Source of the DNA: Lachnospiraceae bacterium
GTDB lineage: Bacteria > Bacillota > Clostridia > Lachnospirales > Lachnospiraceae
Length of the DNA: 64,000 nt
Assembly: GCA_045122835.1 (NCBI GenBank)
Contig: JBGVIB010000047.1
Coordinates: 38,036-102,035, forward strand
Direction: 5' to 3'
The notes under the pieces were generated by a model that saw only the letters and a program-made list of their open reading frames with translations, was not told the DNA's origin and made no database searches. Of the stretch, positions 18,976 to 27,673 are shown one piece after another (position 1 is the stretch's first letter; each line of letters starts with the position of its first letter). A program made the position numbers and the translations under genes.

Positions 18976-19410
18976 TTAATTGTTATTTTCTGAATTCATC
19001 TGTTCAAACATCATAGAGTACATGTCTATCATAGATTGTTGTTCCGGCGGCAACATATTTTTAATGGCATCCATAGGAGATTGGCTGTCGCTGTTCATAA
19101 TATCTTGATATTTATTAATCATTTCCATGGATTGTATGAAATGAATCAGAGTATCAATTGTTTGTCGCTCCGCAGGATTGCACACAGGGCGAATGTTTGT
19201 CAGTAGGGGCAGTAAATTATCTTTCCCTCCTTCAAACGAGCAGGCTTTCATGGTTGGTGGATGACGGATGTAGTGCATAGTATCCTGCAACTCTTTATAT
19301 TTAATGAGAAAGGAAACCATGCCCTGCATATTGGGACTTGTGTACGGCATAGCTGCTGAGAGCAGCTCTAATGCATGGGAATTTAATTGAAATGAAGTAG
19401 GGAATCTCAT
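18976..19410 (-). CDS. Hypothetical protein (144 aa, Met/Gln-rich C-terminus)
   Basis: Intact ORF with a GGAG RBS. No family recognised. Confidence 0.6.
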   Translation of the reverse strand: MRFPTSFQLNSHALELLSAAMPYTSPNMQGMVSFLIKYKELQDTMHYIRHPPTMKACSFEGGKDNLLPLLTNIRPVCNPAERQTIDTLIHFIQSMEMINKYQDIMNSDSQSPMDAIKNMLPPEQQSMIDMYSMMFEQMNSENNN

Positions 19411-19465
19411 ACGCAGCTCCTTTTATAGTATTTGGGTGTCTGAATAGGGAAAACAATGAAAATAT

Positions 19466-19631
19466 GTAACTATTCAGAACAGGACTGTGCTGAACTGCAC
19501 AGTCCGTATGAAAACGTAGTGGCAGCAGGCCAAAATCCATCACCGTAGGTGATTCTGCATGGATTTTGGCCTGTTATTATGAATGTAATTCATAATAACA
19601 TTGGTAACCTATGAGGGAACTGAATAGTTAC
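19466..19631 (+). mobile_element. MITE-like non-coding repeat, 166-bp copy, flanked by a perfect 8-bp direct duplication
   Basis: TIR GTAACTATTCAG...CTGAATAGTTAC. Flanks are GAAAATAT (19458-19465) and GAAAATAT (19632-19639). Nested hairpins. No ORF. Confidence 0.8.
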
Positions 19632-19736
19632 GAAAATATTTATTTTCTACAATTAACAGAAACCGTCTTAATGCATATATATGTAGTAATTTAAAAAACT
19701 ATGAATAGCAATCTAAAGGCAGGAAAGGAAATAAAT

Positions 19737-19874
19737 ATGGGATTAAATATGAGATTGATTGAAGATGAAAGTTCTATTTATGAGATTGATGAAGAATGTA
19801 TTCGCCGGCAATTGGAAGAAAGAGAAAATGCACTGCCGGAACTGGTAAAAACTGAGGTTGAATCCAAAAAATAA
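19737..19874 (+). CDS. Possible 45-aa acidic micro-protein (MGLNMRLIEDESSIYEIDEECIRRQLEERENALPELVKTEVESKK)
   Basis: Below the ORF-track cutoff. AGGAAAGGAA purine-rich RBS 7 nt upstream. Ends immediately before the 19877-19902 terminator palindrome. Confidence 0.35.
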   Translation: MGLNMRLIEDESSIYEIDEECIRRQLEERENALPELVKTEVESKK

Positions 19875-19876
19875 AG

Positions 19877-19902
19877 GGCTGCTACAGAATTCTGTAGCAG
19901 CC
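19877..19902. terminator. Bidirectional terminator palindrome
   Basis: Perfect palindrome GGCTGCTACAGAATTCTGTAGCAGCC. A/T-runs on both sides (minus-strand reading gives a T-run after the stem). Confidence 0.7.
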
Positions 19903-19932
19903 TGTTGTTGACTTGTTAGTCAGTATCTGGTA

Positions 19933-20163
19933 TTAGCAGAAAGAACCACCATGGTTTCCGCCACCGCAGCAGCAGAGTAAAAGGATAATCCAGATGATGC
20001 TTCCACAGCCGTTGTTTCCATCACAGCCACAGCTTCCGCCGATGCCGGAACCGTTACAACCGCCGCCACAGCAGCAGAGTAAAAGAATAATCCAGATAAT
20101 ATTTCCACATCCATTGTTTCCTTCGCAGCCGCAGCCGCAGTTTGTTGCAGCGAGATCACTCAT
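19933..20163 (-). CDS. Cys/Gly-rich tandem-repeat micro-protein (76 aa) with two short hydrophobic IIWIILLLCCC segments
   Basis: MSDLAATNCGCGCEGNNGCGNIIWIILLLCCCGGGCNGSGIGGSCGCDGNNGCGSIIWIILLLCCCGGGNHGGSFC. GGAGG RBS 8 nt upstream of ATG 20163. Terminator immediately downstream. Confidence 0.7.
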   Translation of the reverse strand: MSDLAATNCGCGCEGNNGCGNIIWIILLLCCCGGGCNGSGIGGSCGCDGNNGCGSIIWIILLLCCCGGGNHGGSFC

Positions 20164-20338
20164 AATTTTGAGCCTCCATGTTTTATTAAGGTTATACTTC
20201 ATAATATGGAGAGTGCTTGGATATATTTCCTATTTTTCAAAAATTTTTTTTGCTTATTTGAAATATCTGTGTTATACTGTGACAAGCAGAAAGATATTTA
20301 TCATCAAACTGACTACATTAAAGGAGAGGATATTTGCC

Positions 20339-20575
20339 ATGGCAGAAGTAATGATTCAATTACCGGATACAGATTCCATTAAGGCTTTCAACAGATTAGC
20401 TTGCCAGCTTGCCTGTGATTTAGATGTTGAGCAGGGAAGATTTTGCGTAGATGCAAAGTCAATTCTGGGACTTTACAGCATGGATTTAACTAAGCAAGTG
20501 AAATTAGTAATTCATGATGAGGATGAAGGCGCACAAAAAGCTATCGATTTGTTAAAAGATTTCATATGTGAATAA
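20339..20575 (+). CDS. HPr-like protein lacking the His15 phosphorylation site
   Basis: 78 aa, alignable by eye with the ptsH product at 8697. GIHARPA is replaced by DSIKAFN and the Ser46-region 'DAKSILGLYSM' is retained. AAAGGAGAGGA RBS. The upstream ORF-track extension is rejected. Confidence 0.75.
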   Translation: MAEVMIQLPDTDSIKAFNRLACQLACDLDVEQGRFCVDAKSILGLYSMDLTKQVKLVIHDEDEGAQKAIDLLKDFICE

Positions 20576-20591
20576 TTTATTGGTAGAATAA

Positions 20592-20627
20592 AAAGAAGAA
20601 GCTGCATTTTGTAGCTTCTTCTTTTTA
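20592..20627 (+). terminator. Rho-independent terminator
   Basis: AGAAGAAGCTGC-atttt-GTAGCTTCTTCT followed by a T-run. Confidence 0.8.
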
Positions 20628-20721
20628 TTATGATGAAAGGTAACTATGAACGTTCTATTTTTGCCGAACAAGCTATATATGCATATAATAAGAGGTAAGA
20701 TAGTTCGGGAGTGGAAACATA

Positions 20722-21612
20722 ATGGAAGCAGTTCGAAAACAACTCCATGCAGAGTATGCGAAACAACATAATCTGACAGGGAAAAATATTACCGTTGCAG
20801 TTCTAGATTCAGGAGTGTGGGGAGGGCATCCTGATTTATATGATAGATTATTATTCTTTAATGATTTAGTGAAGCATAATAAAAAGCCATATGATGACAA
20901 TTCTCATGGTTCTCATGTCTCTGGCATTATTTGTGGTACAGGTAAAATGTCAAGGGGACGCTATCAGGGAATAGCGCCAGAAAGTCGGCTGATAATGCTA
21001 AAAGTCCTTGATAAATTTGGAAATGGGGACATTGAAACTATGCTAAAGGGAATTGATTGGGTTATTCGTAATAAAAATCGCTATCAGATAAGGATTCTTA
21101 ATTTGTCAGTAGGTGGTTCTGATGATTTAGATGGAAAGGAAAGTATTCAATTACAGGAAAAGGTGGAAGAAGCATGGAATTTAGGGATTGTGGTTGTAGC
21201 GGCTGCGGGAAATAACGGACCGGCAGAGTGTTCTGTGACGGTGCCGGGTAATAGCCCTAAAGTTATTACAGTAGGATCTTCAAAAGACGCCATTGGAGTG
21301 GGGAGAAAAAAGAAACAAATTTTTTATGCTGGGAGGGGACCTACGATACAATGTGTAATGAAACCGGAAATTGTTGCACCCGCAGATGCAATTGTAAGTT
21401 GTTCAAACAATAACCGGTATTATTCCGCTAAAAGTGGTACATCAATGGCGGCACCTATTGTAAGTGGTGCAGTTGCATTATTGTTGGAGAAAGAACCGAA
21501 ATTAACCCCTAAGGAGGTAAAGCGCAGGTTGATGAATTGTGCCATAGATCTGGGATTGCCATCGAATCAGCAGGGATGGGGAATGCTTGATATAGAACGT
21601 CTTTTAAAATAA
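20722..21612 (+). CDS. Subtilisin-family (S8) serine protease, no signal peptide or propeptide
   Basis: Catalytic triad motifs VAVLDSGV (Asp), HGSHVSG (His) and SGTSMAAP (Ser). 296 aa, starting directly at the catalytic domain. Confidence 0.9.
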   Translation: MEAVRKQLHAEYAKQHNLTGKNITVAVLDSGVWGGHPDLYDRLLFFNDLVKHNKKPYDDNSHGSHVSGIICGTGKMSRGRYQGIAPESRLIMLKVLDKFGNGDIETMLKGIDWVIRNKNRYQIRILNLSVGGSDDLDGKESIQLQEKVEEAWNLGIVVVAAAGNNGPAECSVTVPGNSPKVITVGSSKDAIGVGRKKKQIFYAGRGPTIQCVMKPEIVAPADAIVSCSNNNRYYSAKSGTSMAAPIVSGAVALLLEKEPKLTPKEVKRRLMNCAIDLGLPSNQQGWGMLDIERLLK

Positions 21613-21628
21613 AATTTTGTTGTAGATA

Positions 21629-21657
21629 TTGACAGTCAGCGGAATGATGTTTACAAT
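21629..21657 (+). promoter_or_regulatory. Sigma-A-type promoter of icd
   Basis: TTGACA (21629-21634), 17-nt spacer, TACAAT (21652-21657). Confidence 0.65.
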
Positions 21658-21716
21658 AGTTTTAGCAAAAAAAGCATAATGATACAACCGTGTAAGCGGA
21701 AGAATGGAGGACACTT

Positions 21717-22925
21717 ATGGAAAAAATCAAAATGACTACACCGTTAGTTGAAATGGACGGAGATGAGATGACCAGAATTCTCTGGAAGATGATTAAGGAT
21801 GAATTGTTATATCCATTTATTGATTTGAATACAGAGTATTATGACTTAGGGTTAGAGTATCGTAATGAGACAAATGATCAGGTAACTGTAGATTCAGCAG
21901 AAGCAACAAAGAAGTATGGTGTAGCTGTAAAATGTGCAACCATTACTCCAAATGCTGCACGTATGACAGAGTATAACTTAAAAGAAATGTGGAAGAGTCC
22001 AAACGGAACAATCCGTGCTATCTTAGACGGAACCGTTTTCCGTGCACCAATCGTAGTAAAGGGCATTGAGCCAACTGTTAAGACATGGAAGAAACCTATT
22101 ACAATTGCAAGACATGCATATGGTGATGTTTATAAGGGAAGCGAAATGAAGATTCCTGGAGCTGGTAAGGCAGAAATCGTTTACACAGCAGAAGATGGAA
22201 CAGAGACAAGAGAATTAATCCATAACTTTACAGGTGCCGGCATCGTACAGGGCATGCACAACTTAGATGCTTCTATCGAAAGCTTTGCAAGAAGCTGCTT
22301 TAATTATGCGTTAGATACCAAGCAGGATTTGTGGTTTGCTACAAAGGATACGATTTCTAAGAAGTATGACCATACATTTAAGGATATTTTCCAGGAGATT
22401 TATGATGCAGAATATGACGAGAAGTTCAAGGCTGCGGGTATTGAATATTTCTATACTTTGATTGATGACGCGGTAGCACGTGTCATCCGTTCAGAAGGTG
22501 GTTACATCTGGGCTTGTAAGAACTATGATGGTGATGTTATGTCTGATATGGTGGCAACTGCATTTGGTTCCCTTGCTATGATGACATCTGTATTAGTATC
22601 TCCACAGGGATACTATGAGTATGAAGCCGCTCATGGTACTGTTCAGAGACATTACTACAAGCATTTAAAGGGAGAAGAAACTTCTACAAACTCCGTAGCA
22701 ACTATCTTTGCATGGACAGGTGCTCTTAGAAAACGTGGTGAGTTAGATGGTAACGCAGAATTAATGGCATTTGCTGATAAGTTAGAGAAAGCAACTGTAG
22801 ACACAATCGAAGCAGGAAAAATGACAAAGGACTTAGCGTTAATTACTACACTTGAAAATGTTACTGTATTAAACAGTGAGAATTTCATCAAAGCAATTCG
22901 TGAAACCTTAGAAAAAATGTTATAA
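21717..22925 (+). CDS. icd: NADP-dependent isocitrate dehydrogenase (eukaryote-like IDH1/2 subfamily)
   Basis: 402 aa. '[11 protein letters not shown](L)W', 'KCATITP', 'SPNGTIR' and the C-terminal region are typical of the about 400-aa dimeric NADP-IDH subfamily. Confidence 0.9.
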   Translation: MEKIKMTTPLVEMDGDEMTRILWKMIKDELLYPFIDLNTEYYDLGLEYRNETNDQVTVDSAEATKKYGVAVKCATITPNAARMTEYNLKEMWKSPNGTIRAILDGTVFRAPIVVKGIEPTVKTWKKPITIARHAYGDVYKGSEMKIPGAGKAEIVYTAEDGTETRELIHNFTGAGIVQGMHNLDASIESFARSCFNYALDTKQDLWFATKDTISKKYDHTFKDIFQEIYDAEYDEKFKAAGIEYFYTLIDDAVARVIRSEGGYIWACKNYDGDVMSDMVATAFGSLAMMTSVLVSPQGYYEYEAAHGTVQRHYYKHLKGEETSTNSVATIFAWTGALRKRGELDGNAELMAFADKLEKATVDTIEAGKMTKDLALITTLENVTVLNSENFIKAIRETLEKML

Positions 22926-22932
22926 AAAATAG

Positions 22933-22961
22933 TTGACAGCATAAATTCAGAGTGGTAGACT
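22933..22961 (+). promoter_or_regulatory. Promoter of the trp leader
   Basis: TTGACA (22933-22938), 17-nt spacer, TAGACT. Confidence 0.5.
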
Positions 22962-22964
22962 ACA

Positions 22965-23261
22965 AACAATTAATAAATAAACCAGTGAGCAAGAGAAGTA
23001 GATTGTGGAAAAAGCTTACAGAGAGTCGCAGGTGGTGAGATTGCGATAGTGGTGTTTTTACACAGAAACAGTTGAATGGACTTGTGAGGGCAGCCTGAAC
23101 ATTAGTAGGAGCTGACGGGAATCCCATCCGTTATCAACGGGAGGCACATGATGGTGTGTTTACAGAGTGGATACTATGTATCAATTTGGGTGGTACCGCA
23201 GGAGCAGATTATATAACTCTTGTCCCATAGAATTAATTTCTATGGGGCAGGAGTTTTTTTT
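22965..23261 (+). promoter_or_regulatory. T-box riboswitch leader, Trp (UGG) specifier, with terminator
   Basis: Specifier context 'GAA-TGG-A' (TGG at 23077-23079). T-box core AATTTGGGTGGTACCGCAG (23183-23201). Terminator AACTCTTGTCCCATAGAA..TTCTATGGGGCAGGAGTT plus T8. Confidence 0.9.
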
Positions 23262-23343
23262 ATATACTAGAGCGTGCTTGCACGCTTTGTTCTACAGAAA
23301 AACCATGCCAATGTGTAAATTTTATTGAAAAGGAGAATGGAAT

Positions 23344-24801
23344 ATGATTACACCAACATTAGAACAAGTGAAAGCATTAAACCAATCGTACAATATGATA
23401 CCAATCTGTAAGGAGATTTATGCAGATGTAATAACACCAATTCAATTGTTACGAAAAGTAGCCAAAGTCAGTAAAAATTACTATCTGTTAGAGAGTGTGG
23501 AGCATGGGACACAGGGAAGATATTCCTTCTTAGGATTTGACCCGTTGTTACGAGCCGTTTGTAAAGATGGCGTAGTAACATTGAAAAGTGGAAGTATAAA
23601 AAAACAGATTACCGGTCAACCGATGCAGGTGTTGCGGGAATTGTTAGCAGAGTACAAGACGCCAAAGATAGAGGGAATGCCTCCTTTTACTGGTGGGTTT
23701 GTAGGCTACTTTTCATATGAAATGTTTGGTTATGCTGAACCGAAACTTCATATGAAGAAAAATGATTTTTACGATTTTGACTTGATGTTGTTTGATAAAG
23801 TTATTGTTTATGATAACCTGAAGCAGAAAATTAGCGTTGTAGTAAATATGAATGGAGAAGATGGAGAGGAAGGATATCATGCTACAGAATTAGAAATTGA
23901 TAAAATACTTCGCATGATAATGGATACCACACCACTGCCAAAGACAGAAGCAGAGGAAGCACCGGTATTTACTTGCAATATGTCAAAAGAACGTTACTGT
24001 GAAATGGTGAAAAAAACAAAAGAATATATAAGAGAGGGCGATATTTTCCAGGGAGTTATTTCAAGACGATTTGAAGCAGATTATCACAGCAGTCTTCTTA
24101 ATGCGTACCGGATTTTGCGAACAACCAATCCGTCGCCGTACATGTATTTCATACAAAGCGATGATGTACAGATATGTGGTGCTTCTCCAGAAACGATGGT
24201 GAAGCTAGTAGATGGTAAATTAACTACATTTCCAGTGGCAGGAACAAGAAAGCGCGGTGCTACAAAGGCAGAAGATGACGCATTAGAAGTAGAACTTCTT
24301 GCTGATGAAAAAGAGTTGGCAGAGCATAATATGCTGGTTGATTTGGCAAGAAATGATATTGGAAGAGTTGCTAAATACGGCACGGTAGAAGTGGAAGATT
24401 ACATGAGTATTCATCGCTTCTCGAAAGTAATGCATATTGCTTCTACTGTATATGGAAAAATTGCTGAAGATAAAGATGGCTGCGATACCATAGCTGCACT
24501 GCTTCCGGCAGGAACATTGTCAGGAGCACCAAAGTTCCGGGCTTGTGAGATTATTGATGAGTTAGAACCGGTATCAAGAGGAATTTATGGAGGAGCTATT
24601 GGGTATTTAGATTTTTCCGGCAATTTAGATGTCTGCATTGCTATTCGTACTGCAGTTAAAAAGGGTGATAAGGTATATGTCCAGGCAGGAGCCGGGGTTG
24701 TGGCTGACAGTATTCCGGAAAATGAATATGAAGAATGTGCAAATAAAGCAGGTGCAGTGATTGATGCAATTATGCGGGCAAGTGAGGTGAATGGATTATG
24801 A
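23344..24801 (+). CDS. trpE: Anthranilate synthase component I
   Basis: 485 aa. Chorismate-binding motifs 'GDIFQGVISRRF', 'NPSPYMYF' and 'GGAIGYL'. Confidence 0.95.
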   Translation: MITPTLEQVKALNQSYNMIPICKEIYADVITPIQLLRKVAKVSKNYYLLESVEHGTQGRYSFLGFDPLLRAVCKDGVVTLKSGSIKKQITGQPMQVLRELLAEYKTPKIEGMPPFTGGFVGYFSYEMFGYAEPKLHMKKNDFYDFDLMLFDKVIVYDNLKQKISVVVNMNGEDGEEGYHATELEIDKILRMIMDTTPLPKTEAEEAPVFTCNMSKERYCEMVKKTKEYIREGDIFQGVISRRFEADYHSSLLNAYRILRTTNPSPYMYFIQSDDVQICGASPETMVKLVDGKLTTFPVAGTRKRGATKAEDDALEVELLADEKELAEHNMLVDLARNDIGRVAKYGTVEVEDYMSIHRFSKVMHIASTVYGKIAEDKDGCDTIAALLPAGTLSGAPKFRACEIIDELEPVSRGIYGGAIGYLDFSGNLDVCIAIRTAVKKGDKVYVQAGAGVVADSIPENEYEECANKAGAVIDAIMRASEVNGL

Positions 24802-25382
24802 TACTTTTAATCGATAATTATGATAGTTTTTCCTATAATGTAGTCCAGTTGATAGGAGGACTATGTAAAGAAATAAAAGGAATGGACATTAAAGTAATCA
24901 GAAATGATGAAATGACGGTGGCAGAGGTGGAAAAATTAGCTCCTACACATATTATCTTATCACCAGGACCTGGAAAACCATCAGAAGCTGGTATTTGTGA
25001 GGAAGTGGTGCAGACAATGAAAGGAAAATGTAAAATATTTGGTATTTGTCTAGGACATCAGGGAATTTGTGAATCCTTTGGAGGAAGGATTACCTATGCC
25101 GGCAAGCTGATGCATGGAAAGCAAAGTTTGATTAAGATAAATAGTGGTAGTGGAATTTTTAAAGGTTTGCCGGATGTAGTAAAGGTTGCAAGATATCATT
25201 CTCTGGCAGCAGATAAAAATTCCATTCCGGAGGAATTAGAAGTAATTGCAAAGGATGATACGGGAGAAGTAATGGCAGTAAAGCATAAGGAATATGATAT
25301 ATATGGAGTGCAATTTCATCCGGAATCTGTTATGACACCAGAGGGTGCAGTAATGATGAGAAATTTTTTAGAGTTAGTATAA
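24798..25382 (+). CDS. trpG: Anthranilate synthase component II (glutamine amidotransferase)
   Basis: 'ILLIDNYDSFSYN', 'GICLGHQ' (Cys nucleophile) and 'GVQFHPES'. ATGA overlap with trpE. Confidence 0.95.
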   Translation: MILLIDNYDSFSYNVVQLIGGLCKEIKGMDIKVIRNDEMTVAEVEKLAPTHIILSPGPGKPSEAGICEEVVQTMKGKCKIFGICLGHQGICESFGGRITYAGKLMHGKQSLIKINSGSGIFKGLPDVVKVARYHSLAADKNSIPEELEVIAKDDTGEVMAVKHKEYDIYGVQFHPESVMTPEGAVMMRNFLELV

Positions 25383-25406
25383 GTATAGAAAGGAAGGTGT
25401 GGTAGT

Positions 25407-26417
25407 ATGATTAAGGAAGCGATTTATCAATTGGCAAATGGTGAAGATTTAACATATGAAACAGCAGAAACAGTGATGAATGAGATTATGGGTGGTGAAA
25501 CATCCCAGATATTGATTAGTTCTTATTTAACTGCACTGAGACAAAAAGGTGAAACCATTGATGAAATATCTGCATCAGCGTATGGTATGCGAAGCCATGC
25601 AGTACAATTACACCATGATATGGATGTCTTAGAGATTGTCGGTACCGGTGGTGATGAGGCGAACAGCTTTAATATATCAACTACATCGGCCTTTGTAATT
25701 GCTGCAACCGGTATTCCAGTGGCAAAACATGGTAATCGCAGTGTATCGTCAAAATCGGGTGCTGCAGATGTGTTAGAAGCCTTGGGAGTTAAGATAGATA
25801 TTGAACCTGAGCATATGCAGAGAGTATTAGAAGAAGCAGGAATTTGCTTTATGTTTGCACAGAAATATCATGGTGCCATGAAATATGTTGCTCCTGTTCG
25901 TAAAGAGTTGGGGATACGTACTATATTCAATATCTTAGGACCTTTGACCAATCCTGCTTGTGCCAATATGCAGTTGTTAGGTGTTTACAGCGAAGATTTG
26001 GTAGAGCCAATGGCAAAAGTGCTTGTGAAACTTGGGATTAAGAAAGGAATGGTTGTGTTCGGCCAGGATGGTCTTGATGAAATCTCTTTAAGTGCACCAA
26101 CTACATGCTGTGAAATAAAGAATGGTGAGATAACAAAATACGTGATTGAACCGGAGCAGTTTGGTTTTACCCGTTGCCAGAAAGCAGATTTAACAGGTGG
26201 CAATCCTGTGGAAAATGCACAGATCACAAGAGATATTTTAACTGGCAAGCAGGGACCTATGCGGGAGGATGTTTTGTTAAATGCAGGTGCAGCGATCCAT
26301 ATCGCCAAAGGTATTTCTATGGAAGAGGGCGTAAAACAGGCGGCAGAAATGATTGACAGCGGAAAGGCAATGAAGAAATTAGAGGAATTTATTCGACTGA
26401 CAAATCAATATGAATAA
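25407..26417 (+). CDS. trpD: Anthranilate phosphoribosyltransferase
   Basis: '[19 protein letters not shown]' and '[21 protein letters not shown]' motifs. Confidence 0.95.
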   Translation: MIKEAIYQLANGEDLTYETAETVMNEIMGGETSQILISSYLTALRQKGETIDEISASAYGMRSHAVQLHHDMDVLEIVGTGGDEANSFNISTTSAFVIAATGIPVAKHGNRSVSSKSGAADVLEALGVKIDIEPEHMQRVLEEAGICFMFAQKYHGAMKYVAPVRKELGIRTIFNILGPLTNPACANMQLLGVYSEDLVEPMAKVLVKLGIKKGMVVFGQDGLDEISLSAPTTCCEIKNGEITKYVIEPEQFGFTRCQKADLTGGNPVENAQITRDILTGKQGPMREDVLLNAGAAIHIAKGISMEEGVKQAAEMIDSGKAMKKLEEFIRLTNQYE

Positions 26418-26429
26418 GGAAGGTAATAT

Positions 26430-27203
26430 ATGATATTAGATAAATTGGCTGCTTCCACCAGATTGCGAGTGGAGAAGGATAAGAAAAAAATACCACCGGA
26501 TAAAATGAAAGAAATGGCTTTGTCTATGCCAAAAGGACCCTTTGCATTTGAAAATCAGGTAAAAAAACCAGGCATTCATTTTATCTGTGAAGTAAAGAAA
26601 GCATCTCCCTCAAAAGGTGTGATTGCAGAAGAATTTCCATATTTGCAGATTGCAAAGGAATATGAAGGGGCAGGAGCGGATTGCATTTCTGTTCTGACAG
26701 AACCAGATTATTTCTTAGGAAAAGATGAATATCTATCAGAAATCAAAAAAGAAGTGTCCATACCAGTGCTTCGTAAAGACTTTACCGTAGATGAATACCA
26801 GATTTATCAGGCAAAAACCTTACATGCAGATTGTATATTGCTCATTTGTTCTTTGTTGTCGGAGGAAGAATTAAGAAAGTACATAGAAATTTGTGAAGAA
26901 TTAGGACTGTCTGCTTTGGTGGAAACCCATGACGAAGCAGAAATACAGATGGCAGTCCGGGCTGGTGCAAGAATGCTTGGCGTCAACAACAGGAACTTGA
27001 AAACTTTTGAGGTGGATATTCACAATAGTGAGCGTTTGCGGGCGCTGGTTCCAACAGATATTTTGTTTGTGGCAGAGAGTGGCATTAGGAACCGGTCGGA
27101 TATCGAGGTTCTTGAAAATGCCAATGTGAATGGTGTTCTTATAGGTGAAACCTTAATGCGAAGCACAGATAAGAAAGCTGAATTAGATAAACTTAGAGGA
27201 TAA
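26430..27203 (+). CDS. trpC: Indole-3-glycerol-phosphate synthase
   Basis: 'ICEVKKASPSKG', 'ISVLTE', 'LRKDF' and 'GVNNRNL' motifs. 257 aa, with no fused PRAI domain. Confidence 0.95.
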   Translation: MILDKLAASTRLRVEKDKKKIPPDKMKEMALSMPKGPFAFENQVKKPGIHFICEVKKASPSKGVIAEEFPYLQIAKEYEGAGADCISVLTEPDYFLGKDEYLSEIKKEVSIPVLRKDFTVDEYQIYQAKTLHADCILLICSLLSEEELRKYIEICEELGLSALVETHDEAEIQMAVRAGARMLGVNNRNLKTFEVDIHNSERLRALVPTDILFVAESGIRNRSDIEVLENANVNGVLIGETLMRSTDKKAELDKLRG

Positions 27204-27214
27204 GTTGAAAGAAT

Positions 27215-27396
27215 GTAACTATTCAGAACCAGGACAATACAAGCTTGTATGGTGCCAAACTGCACAGTCCGTATGAAAACGTAGTGGTAGCAGGCCAAAA
27301 ACCATCACCGTAGGTGATTCTGCATGGATTTTTGCCTGTTATTATGAATGCAATTCATAATAACATTGGTAACCTATGAGGGTACTGAATAGTTAC
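27215..27396 (+). mobile_element. MITE-like non-coding repeat, 182-bp copy, 11 bp downstream of trpC
   Basis: TIR GTAACTATTCAGAACC...GGTACTGAATAGTTAC. Near-identical to the copy at 42527-42708. No ORF. Confidence 0.8.
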
Positions 27397-27673
27397 TAAA
27401 AATGTAACAAAGAAGAATCATTTATGCAAGAAAAAGAGATAGACAAACTTCGACACTATGCCAGGGTTAGATGGAGGCTGTTCCGGGTGCTTAATCTGTC
27501 ATGACAAATCAAAACATATAAGCACAATGTTGGTAGCTTGTTTGCAGGCTATGTTTCAGGTGAAAAATAGGTTGCATAAAAAAGCGTATTGGTGCTATCA
27601 TAATTTATGATTGATAAATCTTATTTGTCAAAATAGCTGAAAAAATGTAGAAAAGTTTTTGGAGGAAATCAGT

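Noticed and set aside
19994-20338. Pro/Gln-rich N-terminal extension of the 193-aa plus-strand ORF (MMLPQPLFPSQPQLPPMPEP...).
   Set aside because: It is the mirror reading of the GGN/TGC-rich Cys/Gly micro-protein gene on the minus strand. The real plus-strand gene starts at ATG 20339, which has its own RBS. The minus-strand ORF has the GGAGG RBS and the terminator.
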